From a virus: a DNA stretch of 64,000 nt. The translations under genes were made by a program, and so were the position numbers. Within the stretch, counting starts at the first letter, position 1, and each line of letters opens with the position of its first letter. The DNA lies in the IMG/VR virus record IMGVR_UViG_3300039008_000031, positions 1 to 64,000 of that record; one strand, 5' to 3'. Shown one piece after another: positions 36,157-45,139 of this stretch. The notes under the pieces are model-generated. The model was not told the DNA's origin and did not search any database. It saw only the letters and a list, made by a program, of their open reading frames with translations.

Positions 36157-36555
36157 ATGAATACGGATCAGATGATTTTTGTCTTCGGCTCGAACGAAGC
36201 CGGGATCCACGGAGCTGGTGCAGCCAAATTCGCACACCTAAAGCGTGGAGCAAAGATGTACATCGGGGAAGGCCCTACTGGCAAATGCTATGCTCTTCCT
36301 ACCAAAGGCAAAAAGATTGAGGAGATCAGCCTTGGCCGAATTTGTGCAGCAGTGGAGCGATTTATGGTGTATGCACGCCAGAACCCGGAACAGAGGTTCA
36401 TGGTTACGTGCGTTGGGTGTGGTCTCGGAGACCACAACAACGAAGACATCGCACCAATGTTCAAAGACGCCCCCGAAAACTGCTATTTCGACACCCAGTG
36501 GGCCGAAATCTTCGAGTCCATGGACGTGTCCAAAAACTACTGGGGGACATTCTGA
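36157..36555 (+). CDS. Conserved phage protein with an FVFGSN..G.HGAGAA motif (SLOG/macro-like fold suspected)
   Basis: The motifs are FVFGSNEAGIHGAGAAKFA, GKCYALPTKG and VTCVGCGLGDH, which I recognise from a recurrent phage family. The biochemical role is unknown to me. Confidence 0.4.
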   Translation: MNTDQMIFVFGSNEAGIHGAGAAKFAHLKRGAKMYIGEGPTGKCYALPTKGKKIEEISLGRICAAVERFMVYARQNPEQRFMVTCVGCGLGDHNNEDIAPMFKDAPENCYFDTQWAEIFESMDVSKNYWGTF

Positions 36556-36556
36556 T

Positions 36557-36910
36557 ATGGATCCTGATCACGTAACAGGCAAGGACATTCCTTTGAATGC
36601 TCTTCCTCATTGGGCTTTGTGTGCTGCCCCGAAACAAAACCCGTACTTGGCTCAATTCGCTGCACTTGCAACTCGTGATGGTCGTCAGACCGGTAATGCA
36701 GTTGTAGCTGACTTCGTTACCAAAGTTTACCATTTGGGAACCAAGCACGAAAAAACTGTTCAGCTCATCAAAGTGGTTACAGATGCAGGGGACATCCTTC
36801 TTTGTACGGAGAATGGGCTGAAAACACTGTTTCACGAACCTCGTTGGATCATGCGTAATCTTCTTCCTGCTCATGTGCAGGCATTGAAGGACGAAATCCA
36901 CAGCCTGTAA
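36557..36910 (+). CDS. Hypothetical protein (117 aa)
   Basis: Start refined to ATG 36557, 1 nt after the upstream stop. The 5' part of the tracked 221-aa ORF is an alternate frame of the previous gene. Confidence 0.55.
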   Translation: MDPDHVTGKDIPLNALPHWALCAAPKQNPYLAQFAALATRDGRQTGNAVVADFVTKVYHLGTKHEKTVQLIKVVTDAGDILLCTENGLKTLFHEPRWIMRNLLPAHVQALKDEIHSL

Positions 36911-37027
36911 TGCTGGGCGGGTACAGTCTTGCAACGGCATTGTCTCGTGGAAGAACTGTTCCTTATGACCTGCTGGGGTTAGTCGCAGGTCTGGGGGTTC
37001 AATCCCCCCTACAAATTGGAGGTTCCT

Positions 37028-37225
37028 ATGAACCAAGAAAATGAAAGAGTGGCACAACTGTCACACACTCTGGCAAAAGAGGATCGAGATCTTCGCACCA
37101 TCAATATGATGCGTGCAGCCCTAATCAAAGGGGAACAACTCGATCCTGATACAGCTAGTCTTGCTCGTCTTGAACGGCGTGCTTTGAAAGCACAACGTCG
37201 GAAAGGAAAAGTAAGTGTCCGCTGA
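37028..37225 (+). CDS. Hypothetical protein (65 aa)
   Basis: A GGAGG lies 5 nt upstream of ATG 37028 (MNQENERVAQL...). Confidence 0.55.
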   Translation: MNQENERVAQLSHTLAKEDRDLRTINMMRAALIKGEQLDPDTASLARLERRALKAQRRKGKVSVR

Positions 37226-37430
37226 ACCAGATGAAAATGGAAAGTGGTGTATTGGGATCCTAGATCCCTCTAACCCACTGGAACCAAAGAAGTTTGCTTT
37301 TGATTCTGAAATAGAACGAGCAGCTTTTATGCTTGGAATACAAACTGCCATCCAAATGGTAGGTGGAAAGACTTCCTTGCATGACTTCCAACAGCCTAAG
37401 ACCGAGGCTGAACGGAAGAAAATGAACTGA
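37215..37430 (+). CDS. Hypothetical protein (71 aa)
   Basis: It has a GTG start that overlaps the previous ORF's end. The composition is plausible. Confidence 0.4.
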   Translation: MSAEPDENGKWCIGILDPSNPLEPKKFAFDSEIERAAFMLGIQTAIQMVGGKTSLHDFQQPKTEAERKKMN

Positions 37431-37530
37431 GATTCAGTTCGGCAGACCCACCATCCTGCCATTCTCAGTTGCTTTGTGTTTGGTGGGTTGGTACGTCTGA
37501 GACCCTTCATCTCAAACCAAGGACACCCTT

Positions 37531-39921
37531 ATGACGTCACCATCAGCATTTCCCCAGCCTATCTGTGAACAGATCTGGGGAATGAAATACAAGCTCCAGA
37601 CCCCGAACCCAGACATTAAGAACGACACCTGTGTAGAAGACACTTGGCGTCGTATCGCAGATGCCTGTGCGTTTACCTCTAACCGGGATAAAAATCTGGC
37701 AATGGAGTACCGTTCCCAATTTTACGATGCACTACGGGATTTCAATTGGCTTCCCGCAGGCCGGATCACAGCTGGGGCCGGAACTGGTCGTAATGTGACC
37801 TTGTTCAACTGCTATGTGATGAACAAGATCCCTGACGATCTGGAAGCAATCTTCGACAACCTGAAAGAAGCTGCACTGACCATGCAGCAAGGCGGGGGTA
37901 TCGGCTATGACTTCAGCACACTTCGTCCCACTGGTTCTCCTGTGGGTGGTGTGGACGCTGATGCGTCCGGTCCTCTGACTTTCATGGATGTCTGGGATAC
38001 CATGTGTAAAACCATCATGTCTGCTGGCAATCGCCGGGGTGCTATGATGGCTACCATGCGGTGTGATCACCCTGACATTGAAGCTTTCATTGACGCTAAG
38101 TACGACAGTGCTCGTCTTCGAAACTTCAACATCTCGATCCAAGTCACTGACCTGTTCATGCAGGCTGTGGAAAATGATTGGGATTGGCCACTGGTTCACC
38201 ATCACCCCCCTGAAGATACCTCTCTTGGTCAAATGCAGCCGGGTGGAAATGTCGTATTTGGTGCTGTGTTTAAAACCGATGATCCCTACATCTATCGCGT
38301 GGTGAAAGCCCGTGATCTGTGGAAAAAGATCATGAAAGCCACCTATGACATGGCTGAACCCGGTGTTCTCTTCGTGGACCGTATCAACACAGACAATAAC
38401 CTGTGGTTCATCGAAGACATTACGGCTACGAATCCCTGTGGTGAGCAGCCTCTGCCTCCGTATGGGGCTTGTCTGCTTGGTTCTGTCAATCTGGCGAAGA
38501 TGGTTCTTGACCCCTTCACCCAAGGACGACTGGACCGTAAAAAACTTGAACAGACCGTCCGTACCGCTGTCCGAATGCTGGACAGTGTTATTGACGCATC
38601 GTTGTTCCCTCTGGAAGAACAGCGTCAGGAAGCTCTGTACAAACGTCGGATGGGGATCGGTATTACCGGTCTGGCCGACATGCTCTTCATGATGAAAATG
38701 GCTTACGGCTCTGATGAAGCAGTGAAGTTCACTGAAGGTGTTCTTCAACTGATGGCCGAAACTGCCTATCGTGAAAGCATTGATCTTGCCAAAAAATTCG
38801 GGCCTTGTCCGGCAATGGCAAACAAGAAAGCCCGGAAAAAGTTCATCAAATCTGGGTTCATGCAACGGATGCCCAAAGATATTCGAGATGATGTTCTTGA
38901 ATATGGTATCCGTAACTCCCACCTGTTGAGCATTGCTCCCACCGGCACCATCAGCCTGTACGCAGGCAATGTGTCCTCTGGGATCGAACCTATCTTTGCA
39001 CCCAGTTACACCCGGAAGGTTACTCTCCCGGATGGAACCAAGGTAGAAGAAGAAGTCGTTGACTACGCTGTGCTGAACTTCCGTGAATGGGAAGAAAGCA
39101 GCGGTGACACCGGGAAACAGTATTGGGACGCTTACATGCGGACTGCCCAAGATCTTTCTCCCAATGACCATCTGGTTATGCAAGCGGCTGCTCAGAAATG
39201 GGTGGATAGCTCCATCTCCAAGACCATCAACTGCCCGGAGGACATCTCCTTCGAAGCATTTGTGGACATCTACCAAGATGCTTGGCGGATGGGCTGTAAA
39301 GGCTGCACCACGTATCGTCCGAATGACATTACGGGTAGCGTCCTGAGCGTTGAAAGCGACAACGCCAAAGAACCGGCAGATCAAGAGTTCGTCATTCCTA
39401 ATGACGCACCTATTGACCGTCCCACTGCCATGGACGGCTGGACTAAAAAAGTCCGGTGGCAAGGTGATGCGTTCTATATGACCGTTAATCACTACGTCCT
39501 TGAGGATGGTCGCTGCATCCCATTTGAAGTGTTCATCAACACCAAAAACCCGGAGCATTCCGCATGGATGGATGCCCTGACCCGTATGGTCTCGGCAATC
39601 TTCCGACGCGGAGGAAATGTTGCTTTCGTGGGCGAGGAGTTGAAGAATGTCTTCGATCCCAAGGGCGGTGCGTTCGTAGGCGGGTCTTACGTTCCTTCAC
39701 TGATCGCCCTTCTGGGTCTTACGCTTGAACAGCGCATGACTGAGATTGGATACCTGCAAGGCAAGGAATTCGTTGAACCAGAAGCAGAAGAAATTGCTAC
39801 GCCCTATGAGGCAGCGGTACAGACCGCCCCAATGCAATGCCCCTCCTGCAAAGGCTTCAACGTAAACAAGCTTGGCGGTTGTCCGACTTGTGGTGACTGC
39901 GGTTGGAGCAAGTGTGGTTAA
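37531..39921 (+). CDS. nrdJ: Class II (adenosylcobalamin-dependent) ribonucleotide reductase
   Basis: The N-terminus is IWGMKYKL..DTWRRIADA, the active-site segment is NPCGEQPLPPYGACLLGS, and the C-terminal Cys-rich tail is CPSCKGFNVNKLGGCPTCGDCGWSKCG. No NrdB-like gene is present in the window. Confidence 0.85.
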   Translation: MTSPSAFPQPICEQIWGMKYKLQTPNPDIKNDTCVEDTWRRIADACAFTSNRDKNLAMEYRSQFYDALRDFNWLPAGRITAGAGTGRNVTLFNCYVMNKIPDDLEAIFDNLKEAALTMQQGGGIGYDFSTLRPTGSPVGGVDADASGPLTFMDVWDTMCKTIMSAGNRRGAMMATMRCDHPDIEAFIDAKYDSARLRNFNISIQVTDLFMQAVENDWDWPLVHHHPPEDTSLGQMQPGGNVVFGAVFKTDDPYIYRVVKARDLWKKIMKATYDMAEPGVLFVDRINTDNNLWFIEDITATNPCGEQPLPPYGACLLGSVNLAKMVLDPFTQGRLDRKKLEQTVRTAVRMLDSVIDASLFPLEEQRQEALYKRRMGIGITGLADMLFMMKMAYGSDEAVKFTEGVLQLMAETAYRESIDLAKKFGPCPAMANKKARKKFIKSGFMQRMPKDIRDDVLEYGIRNSHLLSIAPTGTISLYAGNVSSGIEPIFAPSYTRKVTLPDGTKVEEEVVDYAVLNFREWEESSGDTGKQYWDAYMRTAQDLSPNDHLVMQAAAQKWVDSSISKTINCPEDISFEAFVDIYQDAWRMGCKGCTTYRPNDITGSVLSVESDNAKEPADQEFVIPNDAPIDRPTAMDGWTKKVRWQGDAFYMTVNHYVLEDGRCIPFEVFINTKNPEHSAWMDALTRMVSAIFRRGGNVAFVGEELKNVFDPKGGAFVGGSYVPSLIALLGLTLEQRMTEIGYLQGKEFVEPEAEEIATPYEAAVQTAPMQCPSCKGFNVNKLGGCPTCGDCGWSKCG

Positions 39922-39946
39922 CACCACTACAAGACCCTAACCAAGA

Positions 39947-39980
39947 CCCCTCGGAAGAAATTCCGGGGGGTTTCTTTTTT
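39947..39980 (+). terminator. Rho-independent terminator
   Basis: The stem CCCCTCGGAA / TTCCGGGGGG has a GAAA loop and is followed by TTTCTTTTTT. Confidence 0.8.
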
Positions 39981-40008
39981 ACCTGACAACCAAGAGAACC
40001 GTAACCAC

Positions 40009-41283
40009 ATGCCTATGAACCAAGAACAACAGGCAGCGTTTATTGATCTCATTGGGTTCATCAACGATCCTGACCGGAAATACCATCGAGTATCGGGTGG
40101 AGCAGGCACAGGCAAAACCTACTTCATCTCACAGGTCGTTGATAACCTTCTGAAGCATAAACAGCCTTCCTGTCCCCTGCATTCTGTAGGGATTACTGCC
40201 ACTACAAATAAAGCTGCAGCTGTTTTGGCAGAAGGAATTCCACACCGTCGTACTGAGATCGGAACGATCTATAGTTACATGAATCTTCGTGTGAGTGAGA
40301 ACTTCAATACCGGCGAAGTCAAATGTGTTCCTACCCGGAACTGGACTGTCCATCAGGGTGTTCTGATCATTGTTGACGAAGCGTCCATGATTAACAATGC
40401 CCTGATGAATTACATCGAGAAAGGTACCAGCAATACCTGTAAGGTTCTTTTTGTTGGTGACAAAAACCAGCTGTCTCCTGTGAAAGAAACCCTCTCTCCA
40501 GTCTATGCCAACAGCTACTCCGAAAGTCAGCTCACCAAACCAGTACGAAATGCAGAACAGCCTGCACTGATGGAGCTGTGTGAGCAAGCCAAAGATACGG
40601 TACTGACTGGGAAATTCCATCGAATCAAGGAAGTTCCCGGAGTTATTGATTTCATTGACGGAAACCAGCTGAAAGGTATCCTTGAACGAGAGTACCACCA
40701 AGAGGATGCTTCCCGTCGTGTGATCTGCTACACCAATGCTCGGGTACAGCAATACAACAGTTTCATCCGAGAACTCCGTGGCTATGGGAAATTGTTTGCA
40801 AAAGGTGAAATGCTGACCAACAACTCCTCTGCTGAATTGGTTGGGAAGGAGCGGCTCTACACAGACCAGCTTGTCGAAGTCATGCAAGTAGGAACCCCCT
40901 ACATTGATAGGAAGATTGTTCCCGGACATGACATTGAAATGGTTGATCTGGAAGTACGGGATCCAAAAACCTTCGCCATGTATATGGTCACTGTGTTTGC
41001 TGATCCTGAAGATCGTAACGAAGTCATCAAACACTATGCTAGTTTGAAAAAGTGGGACCGGTACTTCAAGATCAAGAACAACTACCCTGATCTTCGTTCT
41101 GTGGCTTCTTCCACTACCCATAAAGCCCAAGGCTCCACCTACCACTCAGTGATTGTGGATCTGGCTGACATCGGGAAATCCACCAACAAGGAACAGACGG
41201 CACGTCTTCAATACGTGGCTCTGAGCCGTCCAAAGTCCCGGATCTATATCCGAGGTGAACTACCAGAGAGGTATTTCGAATGA
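40009..41283 (+). CDS. SF1 DNA helicase (Dda/RecD-like)
   Basis: The motifs are GGAGTGKT (Walker A), IIVDEASMI, FVGDKNQLSPV, TTHKAQGSTY and YVALSRPKSRIYI. Confidence 0.85.
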   Translation: MPMNQEQQAAFIDLIGFINDPDRKYHRVSGGAGTGKTYFISQVVDNLLKHKQPSCPLHSVGITATTNKAAAVLAEGIPHRRTEIGTIYSYMNLRVSENFNTGEVKCVPTRNWTVHQGVLIIVDEASMINNALMNYIEKGTSNTCKVLFVGDKNQLSPVKETLSPVYANSYSESQLTKPVRNAEQPALMELCEQAKDTVLTGKFHRIKEVPGVIDFIDGNQLKGILEREYHQEDASRRVICYTNARVQQYNSFIRELRGYGKLFAKGEMLTNNSSAELVGKERLYTDQLVEVMQVGTPYIDRKIVPGHDIEMVDLEVRDPKTFAMYMVTVFADPEDRNEVIKHYASLKKWDRYFKIKNNYPDLRSVASSTTHKAQGSTYHSVIVDLADIGKSTNKEQTARLQYVALSRPKSRIYIRGELPERYFE

Positions 41284-43334
41284 ATTATGAGATCTTGGGA
41301 AAAGGTTCCGGGGCAAAGGTAGCCATCCTCTGTCCCAAGATCCAAGTCGGTGAGATTGAAAAACACTACTTCAAACCATACCTCCATTTGATGGGGAGAG
41401 AGGTAATGGTATGTGATTTGTACATCAACCGATCAAAAAAGAAGACCCCAGCTGCAGAAATCAAGGAATACTTGAACGACCTGCTTCCTCATCTAATTGA
41501 TCGTGGCATTGAAATGCTGGTTGTAACTCAGCCTGACTATTTCAAAATCCTGACCAAACAAGCAAAAACAGATGCCACCATTGGTGACATTCTCCCCAGT
41601 ATTGGGGATCACTTTCAAGTCACATACTGCCCTAACTATAGTCGTGTGTTCTACGATCCTGACAAAACCAAGAAAAGAATTGAGCTTGCTCTTTCTACCG
41701 TGGTTCGGTGGGCAAACGGAGACACTAAGAAAGTCGGGAAAGACATTATCCAGTATGCGGACTACCCAACCAAAGAGTATGAAATTGCTGCTTGGTTGGA
41801 TAAGCTGCTGGAGATGGATTGTGACTTGACCTGTGACATTGAAGGTTTCGACCTAAAACACCACTCTGCAGGTATTGGTACCATCACCTTCTGTTGGAGC
41901 AAACATGAAGGTATTGCGTTCCCTGTGGACTTTGATGAGAACCTACCCTGTAAAGGGAAAACAGTTCGAAACGAAAAAGTCAGGCTGTTGTTGAAAGAGT
42001 TCTTCCTGAAATTCAAACGGAAGATGATCTACCACAACATCTGCTATGATGCTTATGTGCTGATCTACCAACTCTTTATGGACCACATCTTGGACCAAGA
42101 AGGTCTTCTGTTTGGTTTGGAAGTCATGTTGCGAAACTGGGACTGTACCCAGCTGATCACCTATCTGGCAACAAACTCCTGTGCAGGAAACGAACTGGGT
42201 CTGAAGATACAAGCCCAAGAGTTTGCAGGGAATTATGCTGTCGAGGACATCCACGACATCACCCTAATTCCGTTACCAAAGCTTCTGGAGTACAACCTTG
42301 TAGATGGTCTTTCTACTTGGTTTGTAAGAGAGAAGCATCACCCCACTATGGTTGCAGACCAACAGGAAGATATTTACGTCAACCTGTTTAAGAAAGCAGT
42401 GGTAGATATTATTCAGATGCAGCTTACGGGTTTGCCTCTGAACATGAAGAAAGTCATCGCACTTGATGACCAACTTCAACGAGAAAGCCGGGCAGTCTTG
42501 AAAAAGATGACAGAGACCCGGATTGTCCGTGGGTTCTTGGGTGTTCTGAGGGATGAATATGTCGCCAAAAAGAATGCCGAGTACAAGAAAAAGAGAATTA
42601 CTGTTGAGGACATTCCTGACGGAAAAGTAGAGTTCAACCCGAATTCTGCTCCTCAGCTTCAGAGGCTCCTGTATGACAAGGAGTTCTTGGGCCTCCCAGT
42701 TCTCGATTACACGGATAGTAAACTGCCTGCTACCGGGGCAGAAACCCTTGAGAAACTGCAAAATCAGGGAATCAAGGAAGAGGTGAAAGAGTTTCTCGAT
42801 CTTCTGATTGAGTACAAGGCATCTGCCATTATCATCTCTACGTTCCTCCCAGCCTTCCTGAAGGCTTATCCGGGGAACGACGGCTGGCACTACCTGTTTG
42901 GCAACTTCCGTCTAGGAGGGACGCTCTCAGGCCGTCTGTCGTCAAACAGTCCTAACCTACAGAACATCCCGTCTAGTGCAGGTGCTCCGTTGAAAGCACG
43001 TCTTGCCAAACTCATCAAGGAATGCTTTGAAGCCCCTCCCGGATGGTTGTTTGTTGGTTTGGATTTCGACAGTCTGGAAGACAAAATCTCTGCTGTTACG
43101 ACTCGTGATCCTGAAAAGATCAAAGTGTACAGCGATGGGTATGATGGTCACAGTATTCGTGCTTTGGCTTATTTCCCAGAGTCTATGCCAGACATTGAAC
43201 TCTGTCCTGAAGAAAGCCAAGCTTACAAAGGGATAGTAGGCGGCCAAGAGATCTATTTCCACAGTGATGAGGTGGTAGAGTATCTTGGTAAGACCATGAC
43301 CGGGGCTGAGTTGTTTCAGCTCCTAAACCAATGA
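41280..43334 (+). CDS. DNA polymerase (family A), N-terminal fragment: 3'-5' exonuclease + thumb/palm through motif A
   Basis: Exo motifs are CDIEGFDL and YHNICYDAYVL. Polymerase motifs are LSGRLSSNSPNLQNIP and motif A FVGLDFDSLEDK. The ORF ends at TGA 43332-43334, before motif B. Confidence 0.85.
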   Translation: MNYEILGKGSGAKVAILCPKIQVGEIEKHYFKPYLHLMGREVMVCDLYINRSKKKTPAAEIKEYLNDLLPHLIDRGIEMLVVTQPDYFKILTKQAKTDATIGDILPSIGDHFQVTYCPNYSRVFYDPDKTKKRIELALSTVVRWANGDTKKVGKDIIQYADYPTKEYEIAAWLDKLLEMDCDLTCDIEGFDLKHHSAGIGTITFCWSKHEGIAFPVDFDENLPCKGKTVRNEKVRLLLKEFFLKFKRKMIYHNICYDAYVLIYQLFMDHILDQEGLLFGLEVMLRNWDCTQLITYLATNSCAGNELGLKIQAQEFAGNYAVEDIHDITLIPLPKLLEYNLVDGLSTWFVREKHHPTMVADQQEDIYVNLFKKAVVDIIQMQLTGLPLNMKKVIALDDQLQRESRAVLKKMTETRIVRGFLGVLRDEYVAKKNAEYKKKRITVEDIPDGKVEFNPNSAPQLQRLLYDKEFLGLPVLDYTDSKLPATGAETLEKLQNQGIKEEVKEFLDLLIEYKASAIIISTFLPAFLKAYPGNDGWHYLFGNFRLGGTLSGRLSSNSPNLQNIPSSAGAPLKARLAKLIKECFEAPPGWLFVGLDFDSLEDKISAVTTRDPEKIKVYSDGYDGHSIRALAYFPESMPDIELCPEESQAYKGIVGGQEIYFHSDEVVEYLGKTMTGAELFQLLNQ

Positions 43335-43344
43335 GGAAATTTTC

Positions 43345-44085
43345 ATGACCTTGAAAACTTTCAATTCTCGTCCTGTTACGATCAATGCGATCCAATGGAC
43401 TGGGGAAAATGCGGAAAACATTTATGACATCTTCCGTGCAATGGGTATTGAAGACGTGATGCACATCAGCTTGGGTGAGTTCCAAGATCGTGTGGATTGT
43501 GCTGGAAATGCTATTCCCTGCCAATCGGCAACCGGGGAAGTATATGCCCAAGAGGGTATGTACATCATCTTCAACGGTGTAGATGACATCTATCCTTGCC
43601 CTGAAGAGACTTTCCTGAGCAAGTACACGGAACAGACCCCTTCGATGGGTCTGGACCTAAAAACGATGCCTGTGGCACCTCTCTCGTATTATGGCACCAA
43701 ACGTGTCCATGCTTGGCCTCACCAAAAAGGCGAAGAAGAAGGGTACGCTGTGGAATACGAGGACGGCTACATTAGCTGGTCCCCGAAAGATGTCTTTGAG
43801 GCAACATACCAACCCACCACAGCCATGAGTTTTGGCCATGCCATTGTGGCAATGAAAACTGGTTATCGTGTTGCTCGGGCTGGTTGGAACGGCAAAGGCA
43901 TGTTCCTGTTCAAAGTAGCAGGCAGCCAGTTTGAAGTGAACCGGGAACCGCTGAAATCCATTCTGGGTGAAGGTACCGTGGTGAACTACCTGACGCATTA
44001 CGATATGCGGACGGCAGATGGTTCTATCGTTCCGTGGCTCTGCTCTCAGGCAGACATGGACGCAGATGATTGGTTGATTGTCTGA
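43345..44085 (+). CDS. Three-domain protein ending in a DUF2829 (Tad2-like) domain, inserted between the two polymerase ORFs
   Basis: The C-terminus is MSFGHAIVAMKTGYRVARAGWNGKGMFLFKV...GSIVPWLCSQADMDADDWLIV, which has the DUF2829-type GWNGKG ... PW..SQ.D...DW pattern. The N-terminal segments (AIQWTGEN...YPCPEETFLSKY; GYAVEYEDGYISWSPKDVFEATY) resemble small phage beta-barrel domains. Confidence 0.6.
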   Translation: MTLKTFNSRPVTINAIQWTGENAENIYDIFRAMGIEDVMHISLGEFQDRVDCAGNAIPCQSATGEVYAQEGMYIIFNGVDDIYPCPEETFLSKYTEQTPSMGLDLKTMPVAPLSYYGTKRVHAWPHQKGEEEGYAVEYEDGYISWSPKDVFEATYQPTTAMSFGHAIVAMKTGYRVARAGWNGKGMFLFKVAGSQFEVNREPLKSILGEGTVVNYLTHYDMRTADGSIVPWLCSQADMDADDWLIV

Positions 44086-44843
44086 TGCTAGTCATTTCTG
44101 AACCAATGACAGAAGTCTCCGAGGTTACGGCCTCGGAGCACAATGTCAAACGGGTGAACTCCATCAAGAACCGGTACAAACAGCAGCGTCAGGATAGCAA
44201 AGCTCCCACGTTTGCTCTCACGTACCAAGGGACTTTTGCTACCCTGATGAACAACTGTGGCTTCTCTAAGGAACTGGCTCAGGCCATTGAGAACAGCTAC
44301 AAGGGCCTCTACAAAGTCTCCATTGAATGGGTGAACCAACGCCTAGGGAAGGCTACAGAAGATGGTTACATCACTGTAGCTTTTGGTCTTCGGGTTCGTA
44401 CTCCTCTGCTCAAGCAGGTGATTTTGGGAACCAAAGCAACACCAAAAGAAGCAGCAGCTGAAGGACGTACAGCAGGCAATGCAATGGGACAATCCTATTG
44501 TATGCTGAACAACCGTGCTGCCTCTGAATTCATGGAACGTGTTCGAAAAGAGAAACATCGTTTGGATATTCGACCCGGAGCGCATATCCATGATGCTCAA
44601 TACTACCTGATTCGGGATGACATGGAGACTCTTCTCTATGTGAACAAACATTTGCCAGAAGCTGTTCGTTGGCAAGATGATCCTGAGATTGAAAACGAAC
44701 ACATCAAAATGTCCGGTCAATTGGAGATCTATTATCCAAACTGGAACCATGGATTGGATCTTCCAAACGACATCCCCGAAGCGGAGGTCATTGAGATGAT
44801 CAAAGACCACAACAAGAAACTACGCGAGAAGGGCGTGTTATGA
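44085..44843 (+). CDS. DNA polymerase (family A), C-terminal fragment: fingers motif B + palm motif C
   Basis: ATG 44085 overlaps the upstream stop (TGATG). Motif B is RQDSKAPTFALTYQG and motif C is GAHIHDAQYY. Confidence 0.8.
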   Translation: MLVISEPMTEVSEVTASEHNVKRVNSIKNRYKQQRQDSKAPTFALTYQGTFATLMNNCGFSKELAQAIENSYKGLYKVSIEWVNQRLGKATEDGYITVAFGLRVRTPLLKQVILGTKATPKEAAAEGRTAGNAMGQSYCMLNNRAASEFMERVRKEKHRLDIRPGAHIHDAQYYLIRDDMETLLYVNKHLPEAVRWQDDPEIENEHIKMSGQLEIYYPNWNHGLDLPNDIPEAEVIEMIKDHNKKLREKGVL

Positions 44844-45136
44844 CCCCAAGAACATGTAAAGGCTTTTCTGTCTGGCTGTACAACCTGACCCACCAAGTCA
44901 AATGGGGACGTCAGAACACCCGAACCCCTTTCCAACTCTGGCTGGAGAAAAGGGAAGCTCGAAAGAAAATGAGCAAAGGTTTCGCATCCATAAAATACAC
45001 TAACCCCCATGGTGTTTTGGTAGGTTATTGTGTGGAAGCAGAAACCCAAAACCAAGCAAACAAGGAGTTGCTTCAACATTTGCCACAAATGATTGAAGAA
45101 ATGAACAAAATCAAAAACTCCAACACAAAGGACTAG
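44840..45136 (+). CDS. Hypothetical protein (98 aa)
   Basis: It has an ATGA overlap with the polymerase C-terminal fragment. Confidence 0.55.
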   Translation: MTPRTCKGFSVWLYNLTHQVKWGRQNTRTPFQLWLEKREARKKMSKGFASIKYTNPHGVLVGYCVEAETQNQANKELLQHLPQMIEEMNKIKNSNTKD

Positions 45137-45139
45137 ACG

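Noticed and set aside
35658-36556. The 220-aa and 221-aa plus-strand ORFs overlapping the two Rossmann-like genes.
   Set aside because: They are alternate frames of genes with recognisable motifs. Only the 3' third of the second one (from ATG 36557) is kept as a separate gene.
36967-37009. A tRNA-like element: GACCTGC-N11-GCAGGTC followed by a canonical-looking T-arm GGGGG-TTCAATC-CCCCC.
   Set aside because: No acceptor stem can be formed: the 3' flank TACAAAT has no complementary 5' partner. There is also no 5-bp/7-nt anticodon arm. It is more likely two intergenic hairpins or a decayed tRNA fragment. tRNAscan-SE or ARAGORN would settle it.
43335-44084. A group I intron or intein as the explanation for the interrupted DNA polymerase.
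   Set aside because: Only 10 nt of non-coding sequence precede the inserted ORF and none follows it, so there is no space for intron P3-P9 helices. The first polymerase ORF ends in a stop codon, so it is not an intein. The inserted ORF has no endonuclease motifs.
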